Below are positions 16,001 through 29,059 of a DNA stretch of 64,000 nt, one piece after another (position 1 is the stretch's first letter; every line of letters begins with the position of its first letter). The position numbers and the translations under genes were made by a program. The notes under the pieces were generated by a model, which was given only the letters and a program-made list of their open reading frames with translations, ran no database searches and had not been told where the DNA came from. The DNA comes from Octopus vulgaris (taxonomy: Eukaryota). The DNA is taken from NCBI GenBank assembly GCA_951406725.2, contig OX597833.1, positions 29,140,001 to 29,204,000 of the forward strand, written 5' to 3'.

Positions 16001-16789
16001 TTCATATCTGTTGTTAGATATTTGATTGATTAGTATTTTTACAAATGCTCTTGCCCTGAAGCTTGTAGCATCAACCCTTCTCCAAACAACTCACTGCATC
16101 CTCCTGTTGTCTGTTAGCTAAAGAGATAAACTTCTATGTCACCCTTTTGAAATAAGCCACTCTGTCACATTACTAGAGATAAACTATATTTTTATAGCCT
16201 AAATCCAATTGAGTATCTCTCCAAATGTCTGTGTTACAGAAACATTTCATCATCTCTATACATCAGAAATATATATGTGTGTACAAAGATAAATATAGAT
16301 ATACATTCAGAGAACAAGTATAGATGCAGTACAGTTATGAAGATTGGTTTGTAGTGAAAAACTCCTGCATTTGATCCCAGTACTTGACGGCTTGGGTGTC
16401 TTTTGCTACATAACCTTGGGTCAACCCAAGCTTTGTGAGTAACATTGGGTAGACAGAAACTGTGAGGAAGCCCGTTAGATTATATTTAATTCAAAGGTTT
16501 GTCTTTATCACACACTGTCAAAGGTATGCTTTTGATTGTTGTCTGAGGATAAGTTAAGGGAACACATGCTAAGCTGACTGAGATCCATTTACACTCAATA
16601 TATTCAAGTATAGTATGTGTATGGTTAACGTATTATACACAGATTTGCTATTTTGTCAACATGTTTGTATAAACATATACATGCTCCATCTATCTCATTC
16701 ACTACCAGATAAACCACCAACTCATGTCTCTCTGACATGAATTATACATTCATTCATTTAACTGCTCTCTATCTATTTCTCTCTCCCTA

Positions 16790-16862
<73 letters not shown>

Positions 16863-17865
16863 GAATTTTTCAATAGACATACGTACTTTTAGCAAATATA
16901 TGGTGGCTGCAAGTCTAAATATCTCTTCAGATTTTTACGAGTGTTTAGATAAATGACTTCAACACATGATAGCTATTTAAAATATATATATATATATATA
17001 TGCTTAATAAGTGTATCATTTTATGCCTTTTTTTCCATGCTGGCATGGCTTGGGCAAGATGATGGCACTACACACACACACACTCACTCACTCACTCATA
17101 TTTAAATGTATTTATAATGCGTGTGTGTATTTATATATATATATATATATATACATACATGCATTATCCATTTATATTATGTATGCATTATGTATATGTT
17201 ATTCTTACCATCCTTTTAATGTCCACTTTTCCATACTTGTATGGTGGGTTAGGGTAGATGGAATTTGTTGAAGGAGGTTATCTATGGTCAGGTGTCCTTC
17301 CTGTCACTAACCCTCATCTGTTTCCAAGTAAAGTAATATTTCTTCACAGCCAGACATGATTTCACAAAAGATTGAAAATGAATAACGCTTGCATGGTGAC
17401 ACTCATTTGCAACAGTGATGATCAAGTCAAGGAGACAAACCCATACATATGCATACACTCATGCACACAATATCATTTTAACATCCACTTTCCCATACTT
17501 GTATGGGTCATGGGTTGTGCATGTGTGTATATATGTGGCAAGCTTCTTTCAGTTTCTGTCTATCAGCTACACTTAAAATGCTTTGGTTTGCATGGAGCTA
17601 AAGTAGAAGACATATGTCCAAATTTCTATGCAGTGGGGCCGAACCCACTATGCAGTGGGAAATGAACTTCTTAACCACACATCCATGTTTTTTATACAAC
17701 ATATATATATATAATACCAATCTATGTGTGTGTGTGTGTGTGTGTGTGTATGTACACACACACACACACACACAATTATATCCGTGTGTGTGTGTGTGTG
17801 TGTTTGAAGAGCTGTGGAACTGTTGTTAATGTATTACACAACCATTCCATTGTTTTTTCTTGAAA

Positions 17866-17891
17866 TCTCTCTCTCTCTCTCTCTCTTTCTA

Positions 17892-17942
<51 letters not shown>
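17866..17942. repeat. (CT)n microsatellite, imperfect
   Basis: Seen directly. Similar runs occur at 12022-12094, 16778-16813 and 19300-19373. Confidence 0.95.
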
Positions 17943-17944
<2 letters not shown>

Positions 17945-19296
17945 GCATTTCCTGGTCACTTTCTCTTTGCCTCAATTCACCTTTTTGTTGGCAAAAACAG
18001 GTACCAGATTTTTCTGAAGCCCTTTTGGGTGTGGAGAAAGTTGCTTGTAAAAAAAAAATTGGATAAGACTTGGTGGGTTTCAATATTTTTTTTTTCATTT
18101 GCAGTTTTTGCTATTCTCACTGGATTGGTTCCAGTTTGTCATAAATAGATTTAAGCACCTGCCCACTTTTTTCCCTTAAATGTTTTTTTATTAAATTGTT
18201 GCTAGTGTCATTTCCTGTAGATTTGTTGATAGTGACCAGCTGATCGCTACAGTTTATCCTGTTGTATATTATTGACCGTACAATGAAACGGTTCCTTTAT
18301 GTATCCATGTTTCCTGTTAACCACATGTAATTAGCAGAAGCTTGTCAAAATTTCCTACAATTTTGTTGTCAACAAAAAAAAAATTTAGTATTTGTTGTAT
18401 TTTTTGGGGTGAGTGAGCTTTTTAAGAAGACAACTATATTATCCTCTCCCCATCCCACAATTTTGAGAAGACAAAGACTTTGTTCACATCCCTTCCCGCA
18501 AATTTGAGAAGACAGAGGTACTGTTGTTTTTTCCTCCTGCTCCATCAAACCCACAACTTAAAAGTCTTATTTTTTTTTTGTCTGGCACTGCTGAATTTAG
18601 AATTTTAGTATCATTTTGATAGTTTATCTTTTTCTTGTAGTTCATTACATGGAATATAGCAGTGAAGAGGCAATTTATAACCTTGACTGAGAAATGATTT
18701 TAAAAAATGTTTTATATTAGAGAAAGTGTGGGTAGACAGCAGTCAAACTGTACTTCTGGATTTTGGGGTTTGGAGAGACCTTGCTTCTGAACATTAGCCA
18801 CAACGGGGAGGATAGAAGAATGTAATGTTTCCTTTTTTTCTTTTTCACATATGAGGATTTTCTTTGATTTCTTCAGTTTTATTAAAGAATTGTAAGTACA
18901 GGGAGGAAACAACAGCAGAAAAGAAGAAACTATACAAATGCCTTCCTTTTCAACCAAAATTATAATTTTAAGGGCTGTGGGAGTTGATTACATTACTTTC
19001 TTGTGTTTATTTTTTTATTTTTTTCTGTTCCTGTGCAGTTTTTTTTTTTTTTAATTGATCTCTGGACAGTTTAGACATATCTAATGTCTCTTAAACTGCA
19101 ACATAACATTATTGTTTCATTCTATCTGCTGCAATAGTTTTCATTTTGCAAAACAGACCTCCCTCCCTCATATTTTCACATTCCAAATCCATGCTTCCAA
19201 ATTGGGAACAATTGGAATGTTGTAGTCTTTAGCTGGTGATTCAATGGTGTTAGTTGATGGAGATGACACCCATGCTGACCCTATCTAACCCACAGA

Positions 19297-19377
<81 letters not shown>

Positions 19378-21625
19378 GGAAACTGGCAGCTAGAACAACT
19401 AATTTATCTCCTGGTGGCAGCATTTAACTGACTGTAGCATCTGTCTCAACTGTGATGGCTTGCTGTGGTCCATCAAGTTTTGATGACATATTTACCTCTC
19501 CTCTCCCTCCCCATCCACATTTAACAGTTATAACAATGACCACTGGCCTGGCATCAAGGCATTCTTTGGAGGACATCAACCCTGTTTCAGCCTACAGTTA
19601 AAAGGGAGTACAGGTAGATATAGATCCGTCTCCCTTAGTAAATTTGTCACAAGTGTCCCAGGCAGCAAGTAAGCCTTCTTCCTCTCATGTGCACTGTAAG
19701 GATAGACTCTGTACCCACATAACATGGTTTCATGGAGTACCAAGTCCTGCTGCCCACATTAACAGAGTCCCATATAACAACAGATTGCTCTTCCTTCCAT
19801 AGTTTGGACCTGTGCAATGACAGATTCCTTACTTCTTTATACACATCAGTTACATACAGGAACACATCTCCCTGACTACATGTATAATAATGGCCCAAAC
19901 ACCCCACAGATAAAAAAAAAAGTACCAAATCTGCTGCTGAAGAAGTGGGATGTCAATCCACTGGCTAACATTCAAGAATTATTATCAGCAATCACATTGA
20001 AGACTAAAAAAAAAGTAACTTATTTTAAACTTTGAATTTCTTTGTTCTGCTTGATTTACCATTTCTCTTTGATTCTATTTTGAAAAAAAAATTTCTTTGT
20101 TTCCACAACAACAAACTGCTTATCTCACTGTCTTTTCTGTTCTATTTTTTGAGAAAAAATATACAAAACAATAAAAACTCATTTACTTTTTTTTTAGGGT
20201 GGAAAGTTTCTTTTAGAAAGAGACCATATTTCTTCACCTTTCTATATACACGCACACATGTCCATATATAGTATTGATAGTTGATTGTTGAGACTGTCAC
20301 GCCTATTTTTTTTTTTAATATTTCTTTTTAATGTAATTGTAAATGGAGTGTGATTGTATGTGGGGATGTGACTTTAACCACAATTGACTCTATTTGGCAT
20401 GTAATTGAGTGTGTATATGTAGGAACACTTAAGCTATGCTCCTGACTAATATACTAAAAATGATATATTAGTTGGAAAAAAAAATTTTTGAATTAAAAAA
20501 AACCTGAAAACCTAACCTAAACCTATATTTGGGTTTATTTATAACATTTTACCACTTTACCACTGTTTTCCCCCCTGCCCCATCCACCAATCCAATTCCC
20601 AATATTTTTTCCCTTCAGCTAACGAAATAAGCAGTTGAAAATATTTTGTAGTCAGTACAGGTCAGTGGGTTTTGAAACCTCTTTGCCTAATATATAAATA
20701 ATATTTTATAAAATTTAAATCTTTTTTGAATAAAACTACTGAAAGATAAAATAAATATCCTATTTGACCATTTCCCCCCAACCCCACCTGCTCTACGGAG
20801 TTAGATTTCATAGTTTTAAGAAAAAAAAATTTCAACAAAAGACAAAAAAAAACCCAACTTTTTTTTTTGAAAAATTGTAAAATAATTTGGATGAAAGTTT
20901 TGATGGATGTGAGGAATTTGTTGGATGTATGGATGAAAATTCTGTGAGAGAATGACACAAAAAAAAAAATTTAATTTTTATTAAACAACAAAGGACATTT
21001 TTATGTCTGTTAATGTCTTAATTGTATATTTCCACAGATTAAGACAAGGCGCATTAGATGGGGAGTGACTTATGTAAAAAAATGTGAAAATAAAAATTAT
21101 ATATATATGTGTGTGTGTGTTAAGTAAAAACAAATGAATTGAAATATGTATATATTCATAGGTGTACACTGATTTGCACGCACGCACACACACACATACA
21201 CACACACATCTAAATAAATGTATAACATACATTTTACACATCTATTTAATAGATGTCTGTATATTTATGAATGTGTGTGTGTACATATATATATATATAT
21301 TGACAATACAAATGTGTGTGTGTAAACATATGTATGTATGTATGTATGTATACACACACACATATATATCATAGCCACAATAATTTTCTCTGACCTGTTG
21401 TTAGTAGCTGCCTTTTACTTCTGTTTATTTTTTCCCTAGGTAGCACCAGATCAGAAGACTGTCAACAGATTTTTGTCATTGAGCACTCATTTTAACCATT
21501 CTATAAAATTGTGGTCAGACTTTTTTGGCTGTTGGTACAGTACAGAATATTTCTAAACAACAAATTGACATGTTAACTTCCGATAATGCCAACTAAATTT
21601 TTGATCATGTTGTTATTGGTAACAT

Positions 21626-21649
21626 TGTATGTATGTATGTATGTATGCA

Positions 21650-21710
<61 letters not shown>

Positions 21711-21819
21711 GTGCATATATATATATGTGTGTATATGTATATATATATATGTATGTGTGTGTGTGTGTGCATATATATATATATGTGTGTATATGTATAT
21801 ATATATGTATATGTGTGTG

Positions 21820-21860
<41 letters not shown>
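21626..21860. repeat. Compound (TATG)/(TG)/(TA) microsatellite
   Basis: Alternating purine-pyrimidine tract. It explains the spurious YIYV-type ORFs here. Confidence 0.95.
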
Positions 21861-21862
<2 letters not shown>

Positions 21863-22621
21863 ACTCTTATGTACATTAAACTATTTCACTTGAAACTATA
21901 TATTCGCTTCATTTATCATTTCTTGGTGTTTGTTTCCTTCTACAGTTGATGTTTAGCTGGAGGTATTTCCATCATTTCCACTTTTTTCCAAACCTAATTG
22001 ATCCAGGACTACATTATCAAATGTCTTTCCATTTTTTTTTTCTGTGTGTGTAATGGTAGTGGAAGGTGGGGAGAGATTTGGCTGCTATTTCTAGCAGATT
22101 GGAGCAACCATATAGGTACAGTCTTGTCAAGATAGTAATGGGGACCAGCTGAAAACCTAGGGGAAAAGATCTATATAGGGCATGTAGTTGCAGATAGATA
22201 GGGTTTTTGCTTTTTTTTTTTTTGTGGTGGGGTTTGTCATATGATGTTGCACTACTTTGCCACGTAATATTAGCTAGAACCTATGGGAAATGGAGTTGTA
22301 CTGACAACATATCATGTAGAGTGTGGTGTTGTCTGAATATGTATAGAGTAATATTTATTCCACTTAAACTTGAATGTTCTCTTAGAACAAACTATACTAC
22401 GGTAGATACCACGAGAAAAACTCATATTGGCTTTTTTCTCATTTTCTCTCATGATATCTATTGCAGTTTGTTCTAACAGAATATTCATGTTTAAGTGGGG
22501 AGAAATATTAGCTCCTGGTATTAATGTTGCCTCTGTTGCTAATATGTATGTTGTATAGAGTGTAGTGTGGTAGAGATGACATTGTGTGAGTTGGAGGTGT
22601 GGCAGTGTGGGCATATATTTC

Positions 22622-23008
22622 TTTTACAGGTTTCAGTCATTTGAGTGCAGCCATGCTGGAGCATCACCTTAAATGGTTTTAGTTGACAATATCAACCCCA
22701 GGACTTACTCTTAGTAAACCTAGTACTTATGCTATCAGTCTCTTTTCCTAAACTGCTAAGTTACAAGGACATAAACACACCATCATCGGTTGTCGAGCTA
22801 TGCCAGGGGAACAAATACAGACACACGCACATAAATATATATATATGACAGGCTTCTTTTAGTTGCCATCTACCAAATCCACCCACAAGGCTTTGGTTGG
22901 CCTGAGGCTATAACAGAAGACACTTGCTCAAAGTGTCACACAGTGGGACTAAATCTGGGACCATGTAGTTGGGAAGCTAGCTTCTTACCACACAGCCGCG
23001 CCTGCACC
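22622..23008 (-). mobile_element. Octopus-type tRNA-derived SINE, full length, decayed
   Basis: Colinear reverse complement of 43027-43415, from the tail (tttcagtcatttga) to the head (accacacagccgcgcctgc). Confidence 0.85.
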
Positions 23009-23273
23009 TACCTATATATATATATATATATATACATACTACTAATATAGGATAAAATTTTTTTTAGAAAAAATTTTTATGAAAAAGTGGCAGCATATTA
23101 AAATACCTTTAAAGGTTAAAATTATAAACAACTTATAAACAAGGCAAAAGAAAATTTATTATATATACATGTTGCGGTTGTTCAATCCCACTTCAACCCT
23201 GTTTGCATAATGATCAAAGACATCCCCATCATAGTATACCCCTGATGTCATTATTCAATGTCTCTTTTATCTT

Positions 23274-23492
23274 TCTTTTAGCATTCATGTTATTTTGTCA
23301 AATGTAATGTTTATTTATTCACATTGTTTTGAATTAATCTTGTGTTATTTTGTAACTTTGAGAGTTTGATGAGGTAACTGTTAACTTTTAGAATGATAAT
23401 GTAGGGTTAGTGTGAGAGGCCAGATCTGACCAGTTGGAACATAAACATGTACAATATTTTGGCCAGATATGACCAGTTTAAATGCTAAAGGT
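23274..23492. mobile_element. piggyBac-like MITE, same family as 61371-61584
   Basis: Termini tttagcatt...aatgctaaagg followed by ttaa. The interior is colinear with the 61.4 kb copy. Confidence 0.65.
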
Positions 23493-24889
23493 TTAAGACA
23501 GTGCAGTGTGGTTTGGGTGAGATTTTGCTGTTATTTTTGGCAATTTGAATGACTACATACAGTCTTTCTACTGTATAACTGTCAGATGGAGGCTGTAGAG
23601 CCCTTGTTGCTGTTGTTTAGCCCCAGTTCAATTCTAATCAAACAGGCATATGATCAAAAGCATTCCAGCCATGACTACTCCATGTTTTTGACTGGGTACA
23701 TGCATTGTCCAATGTTTCCTTATTTAAAATGTAATTTAAGGGCAAACTTCTGTTTCTAGTAAATTGAGTGACCACAAAGAAGCTCCCTTGTTTACTCATC
23801 TGCTTCCTTATTATCTACAATCAATAGTACTGTTGATGTTTAGGTTATCCTTGATTGAGCAGATCTGTTATTAAGGGCATTCCAACTATGACCTCATTTT
23901 TTCAAGATAATATCAGACTACATTATCCATTGTGTCCTTCACTTAAGATTGTAGGATATGATTTGAAGGAGACTTAGCTGCTATTTGTAGCACATCCATC
24001 ACCATTATAGAGGCTCTCTCATTGGGGGCTGGATCACTACTGTACAATTAAACCCGCTGTGATTAAGAGATCAATAATTGAACGACCCATCCAGTGAAAC
24101 ATTTAAGAGATGCCCATATTCTACCAAACTAGATATATCTCTACTTTTTACACAATAGCCCAAAGCATGTTATTATCAATAGTCCAGAGCATGTTATTAA
24201 AAACACATGTAACAGACTAATGACTAAGACATTTCGATTGTAATCATCCAGTTTGTTTTTTGGGGTTTTTTTCATCCCAGACATTTTATCTTGAACTACT
24301 CTGTCCAATGTGTCTTTCAAAAGTTAGAAGACTGAGAAAACAACGGAAAAAATGACTCATACATAACTTAGAGTATATATTTATTTATTAAGCATTAAAT
24401 ACCTCATAATTATACAGCTGGTTTTCAAATGGAAAAGATACTTGTATATTGAAACAGTTGTACAATTCTAAGGTATTTAATTTTTAATAAATGAGTATAT
24501 ATCACTGCATCGACCATGCTACTGGATGTTGTTATACATCATTGGTTACAATACACTTCCAGTTTTTTTTCTTGAGTGCACTATTCTTTTTCCTTCTTGA
24601 CCCAAAGCATTTATATTAACACAATGGAGTATTTCCTATATCTGACCAGTTTTTCAAGTGTTGGGGAAGAGGTGTCAACGAGATGATGAGGAAAGACTAC
24701 AACTCACTGTGCTGGTGGTTGGACAGGGAGATACAATTGAGTCGGCAAAGAAACGTGAATAAGGTGAAGGAGATGAAGCAATATCATTACCATTGGTAGG
24801 AATAGGAATTACTACAAGCTGATAACATAATAGATATTCAAAAGGGAAGTAAATTGGAATAAGTCTAACTGGCAGTGGAATAGCAAAGT

Positions 24890-25235
24890 AATGAGGGAGC
24901 TCAGTGGTTAGAGCATCAGGCTGAGAATCATGAGGTGGTGAGTTTGATTCCTGGACCAGGCTGTGTGTTGTGTTCTTGAGCAAAACACTTTATTTCACAT
25001 TGCTCCACTTCAGTTATCTGTAGGACTGAGGTGCAACATCACTGGTGCCAAGCTATATTGGTCTTTGCCTTTCCCTTAGATAACATTGGTGGCATGGAGT
25101 GGGGAGGCTGGTATGATAGGTAACTGTTGGTCTTCCATAAACAACCTTGCCCAAACTTGTGCCTCAGAGGGTAACCTTCTAGGTGCAATCCCATGATCAT
25201 TCATGACCGAAGGGAGTCTTTACCCTTTCCCTTTA
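24890..25235 (+). mobile_element. tRNA-derived SINE with CORE-like body
   Basis: gctcagtggttagagc (A box) and gagtttgattcc (B box), then gttgtgttcttgagcaaaacacttta. Ends in a tttaccc-like tail. Confidence 0.75.
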
Positions 25236-25776
25236 GAGGGAAGGTGAGAAGTGAAGGTATTCCCTGGTAACTATTTAAACAAATTCAGAAGTTAAATATC
25301 AATAACAAATATAGTGCAATGCTGGAAGTATGCTACACAGATACGGTGTAAGACTTTTGGTGTCCACTATTCCATTTGATGTGCTCTCCCAGAGTAACAT
25401 ATGCCAACTTTGGTATTGGTGACATCACTATCTCCAGTCCATTTCTAGAAAGTCAACCCTTTGGAAGTCTTGCTCATGTCTTTCTTGCATCAATTACACC
25501 ATTCTAGATTGGCCTACAAAGGTCATGTGCACAGTTTCTTTCGACCAAATTCATTCGCAAGCCATAGACATGCTGGGGCTGTAGTAAAAAACTCTTGCCT
25601 AACATGTTTAGCAGTGGGACCAAACCCCAAACCACGTGGTTGTGTTGTGAATCTCCTAACAACACAGTGATGCCCATGCCTATTATTAGTTTAACAAACA
25701 ATAAAATTCACTTTTGAAAATTAGAATAAAATTTTAATTTTGTTGAGGCCTCACATTAATCAACATTTTATATTAA

Positions 25777-27260
25777 TCATCATCATCATCATCGTTTAAC
25801 GTCCGTTTTCCGCGCTAGCACGGGTTGGACGGTTTCGACCGGGGTCTGGGGAGCTCGGGACTGCCCCAGGCTCCAGTCTAGTCTGGCAGTGTTTCTACAG
25901 CTGGATGCCCTTCCTAACGCCAACCACTCCGCGAGTGTAGTGGGTGTTTTTTACGTGCCACCTGCACAGGTGCCAGAGGGGTCTGGCATCGGCCACGTTC
26001 AGATGGTGCTTTTTATGGGGGGGTGCAGAAATATAGGGGAGCACCAGTGGGAGGGGTGGTTCAGAGGACAGGTACTAGGCAAGTAGAACGTAGGAAATCG
26101 AGAGAGGGGTAATGCATGGTGAAATAGCGTATTGAAGAGGGGGGTTCAAAGAGTAGACACCTATAATGGTGGTGGGAGGGGTGCAGAAATATAGGGGAGC
26201 ACCAGTGGGAGGGGTGGTTCTAGGCAAGTAGAACGTAGGATATCGAGAGGAGGGGTAATGCATGGTGAAATAGCGTATTGAAGAGGGGGTTCAAAGAGTA
26301 GACACCTATAATGGTGGTGGGGGGTGCAGAAATATAGGGGAGCACCAGTGGGAGGGGTGGTTCAGAGGACAGGTTCTAGGCAAGTAGAACGTAGGATATC
26401 GAGAGAGGGGTAATGCATGGTGAAATAGCGTATTGAAGAGGGGGTTCAAAGAGTAGACACCTATAATGGTGGTGGGGGGTGCAGAAATATAGGGGAGCAC
26501 CAGTGGGAGGGGTGGTTCAGAGGACAGGTTCTAGGCAAGTAGAACGTAGGATATCGAGAGAGGGGTAATGCATGGTGAAATAGCGTATTGAAGAGGGGGT
26601 TCAAAGAGTAGACACCTATAATGGTGGTGGGAGAAACGACATCCGGTATAGTTGGAGCAAAATAGAGATATCCGGTATTGGTGGTGGGTAGGGCGGGCGC
26701 GCCGCGAAGAATCGGCAGCCAATTTCTAATCAGCCCTGTAAGGGAGATAGATCTTAAATATCTATAACGATAACTAGTGAATTATACAGAATATGCAAAA
26801 ACGAGGCGAGGCTGAAATAGTAAACAGAGTGGCGACTAGGGGGATCAGAATAATAATAATTAATAAATAATAATAATAAATAGAGATACGGATGAATTAA
26901 AGTTCAAAGATTTCTTATCTTGGGATCACTTCGTTTACGGACAGACTTGGCAAAAGGAATTCGGAATCAAGAATGAGGCAGGTTACTAGCTTAAGTATGC
27001 ATAGCCATGGCGAGGGGTAGGAAGAGAGGAGTCCAGACAGACGACAATGTAAAAAGAGGGGGAGAGAAGGGAAGAGAAAAACCCCGCGAAGAATCGGCAG
27101 CCAATTTCTAATCAGCCCTGTAAGGGAGATAGATCTTAAATATCTATAACGATAACTAGTGAATTATACAGAATATGCAAAAACGAGGTGAGGCTGAAAT
27201 AGTAAACAGAGTGGCGACTAGGGGGATCAGAATAATAATAATTAATAAATAAATAAATAC
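25777..27260 (-). mobile_element. Non-autonomous RTE derivative: 5'UTR-like region, VNTR and RTE 3' tail
   Basis: 25777-26015 is the reverse complement of the RTE 3' end at 42340-42553, including the (GAT)n tail. It joins directly to tandem units that share motifs with the RTE 5'UTR. No ORF. CpGs are retained, suggesting a young insertion. Confidence 0.75.
26017..26631. repeat. Tandem array of four ~155-bp units
   Basis: gtgcagaaatataggggagcacc recurs at 26023, 26181, 26324 and 26479 (periods 158, 143, 155). Units are nearly identical. Confidence 0.97.
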
Positions 27261-27269
27261 ATAAATGAT

Positions 27270-27610
27270 AATAACAACCTGATAGAGCTTGCTTGGACAT
27301 TTTTAATGTGTGCACGCTATCTGTCTCAGTCCAGCATTAGTTGAGGAAGGTCTTCAAGGAGGCGTCCAGTGTCTCTGGTGAGTTGATCTACATATGTTTT
27401 GTTCAGATGACCTGCTCAAGTATGGATATTCTTTGGCCTCCATTGCAGTAGGTTATTTGCCAGCTCTTGTTTAGCTCACCAAAAATGCAAGTGTCTTTCC
27501 ATTATAATGGTGGAAACAGGCAAGAGATCTTCATACAGCTGTTTCTTCATGGGATGAGCTCTCCAAGATATGTTTAAGATAGCTCTTAACATTTGGGTGT
27601 AAGTTCCATC
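27270..27610 (-). mobile_element. 3' fragment of an RTE-X-like LINE
   Basis: Minus strand reads DGTYTQMLRAILNISWRAHP.KKQLYEDLLPVSTII.ER...QELANNLLQWRPK...KTYVDQLTRDTG. Confidence 0.75.
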
Positions 27611-27619
27611 TAATAATAA

Positions 27620-28900
27620 TAATCAAGGTGCTGCTGACCCACAGCAATGAAGAGAACAACAAATTGTTGTTTGAATGTTATATTAAGAGTGAGCCAGACA
27701 AACGAGGCTACAAAAAAAAGGTTATAAGAGCTCTGCAAAAACATAATACCAGCATAATGAGCTGAAGGATGTGAGTAAACATGACTAACTGATTAGATCA
27801 GACAAATTAAGATCAAGAAGTGGATAGAAAAGAATGAACAAGAGGAAATTACAATGGTATGGTAGCACAAAAGGAACTGCAGGTGACTACAGTTTCAGAA
27901 AAAATACTTGTTGAACAAGAGAAACAACAGAGCTTGGACATGGAAGGAGGAAATGTGCCAGCTATAGAAGATAGTTCAGACTGGAAAGTCACCCAAAGAA
28001 ATTGCCTCAGAAGTAGGTACTGTCCAGGATAGAATTCTGGAAGTGATGTTCTTTGAAGAAAAAAAGATTGCCATCATTGAAGTTATGTGATAGAGCAAAG
28101 TTAAGATCAGAAGTCAGGAAAGCAAATGAAGTTGTTATGAGAATCCCAATTAGGACATCATAGAGTTAAATTCTTTGATGTATGCCTTTGTTTATGTTAT
28201 CACAGAGAAGATAAGGATGCTTAGAAAGACAAAAGAACAGAGAAGCAAAGAACCATTCTGGAGGAGAAAAAAAGGAAGCATTGATACATGGCAAAAGAAT
28301 TTAAGCAAGATCAAGGAAGTAAAGAGAGGAAACATGAACCTCAATCAAAGTGAACAGACCAACATGAATAGGAAATACCACCTGGAGGAAAATAGCACTT
28401 TGTGCCATATGTTAATACCAAAGATCAAAGTAGGTGAAATTAAGATCAAAATATATGAAGAAAGGGTACCTACAGTTCAAACAAAGCCAACTGTTCAGAA
28501 CAAATCAGGAACTGTTCTATAAGACTCTTGATGGAGGAAATGAGGAAGAAGCAGAGTTACCTGATCCTACAGAAGCAACATCATTTTGGAGCAAGACCTG
28601 ATCAGAGGAAGTTAAACACAAGTGGTTGCTCTGGCTTCAAGAAGTGGAAGAAGAATTCAGTAACACAGAGGCACACAAAGACATTACCAACACATTGGTA
28701 GATTACAAGGAGTTGGTTTAGATGAGAAGTTTGAAGGTAGCCAGCCTGGTCACTGGTTCAGGGTTTTTGGTTCAAGGAATTGACAAATGTTTATTCTAAG
28801 CTACAAGAGCTCCTGCAAGGCTGTGTACACCAAGTAATTGTACCAAACTGAATTGCCAAAGGAAAAACCCTGTTGATTCAGGAACACCCAAGCAAGGAGG
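27620..28900 (+). mobile_element. Decayed R4/Dong-clade non-LTR retrotransposon, N-terminal part of ORF
   Basis: SNEENNKLLFECYIKSEPDKRGY, ELNSLMYA, KEPFWRR, QLFRTNQELFYKTL, ATSFWSK, GFWFKELT and KGKTLLIQ occur in shifting frames. The element abuts a (TAA)n run, the known Dong target. Confidence 0.75.
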
Positions 28901-29059
28901 CTGATTCTCATCAACACCCAGATCCTCTCTAGGATGTTGATGTCCTTGCTCACTGCTGATCTCCAATAGAATGCCATGGTGGAGCTTCCATCAACTGCAA
29001 TGCCTCATTGGATGAGAAGTATGAGCACATGATGACACTAGATACCCTGCTTCAGGCTA

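Noticed and set aside
26702-27252. TRIM or LTR element
   Set aside because: The direct repeats lack TG..CA termini, a PBS and a TSD.
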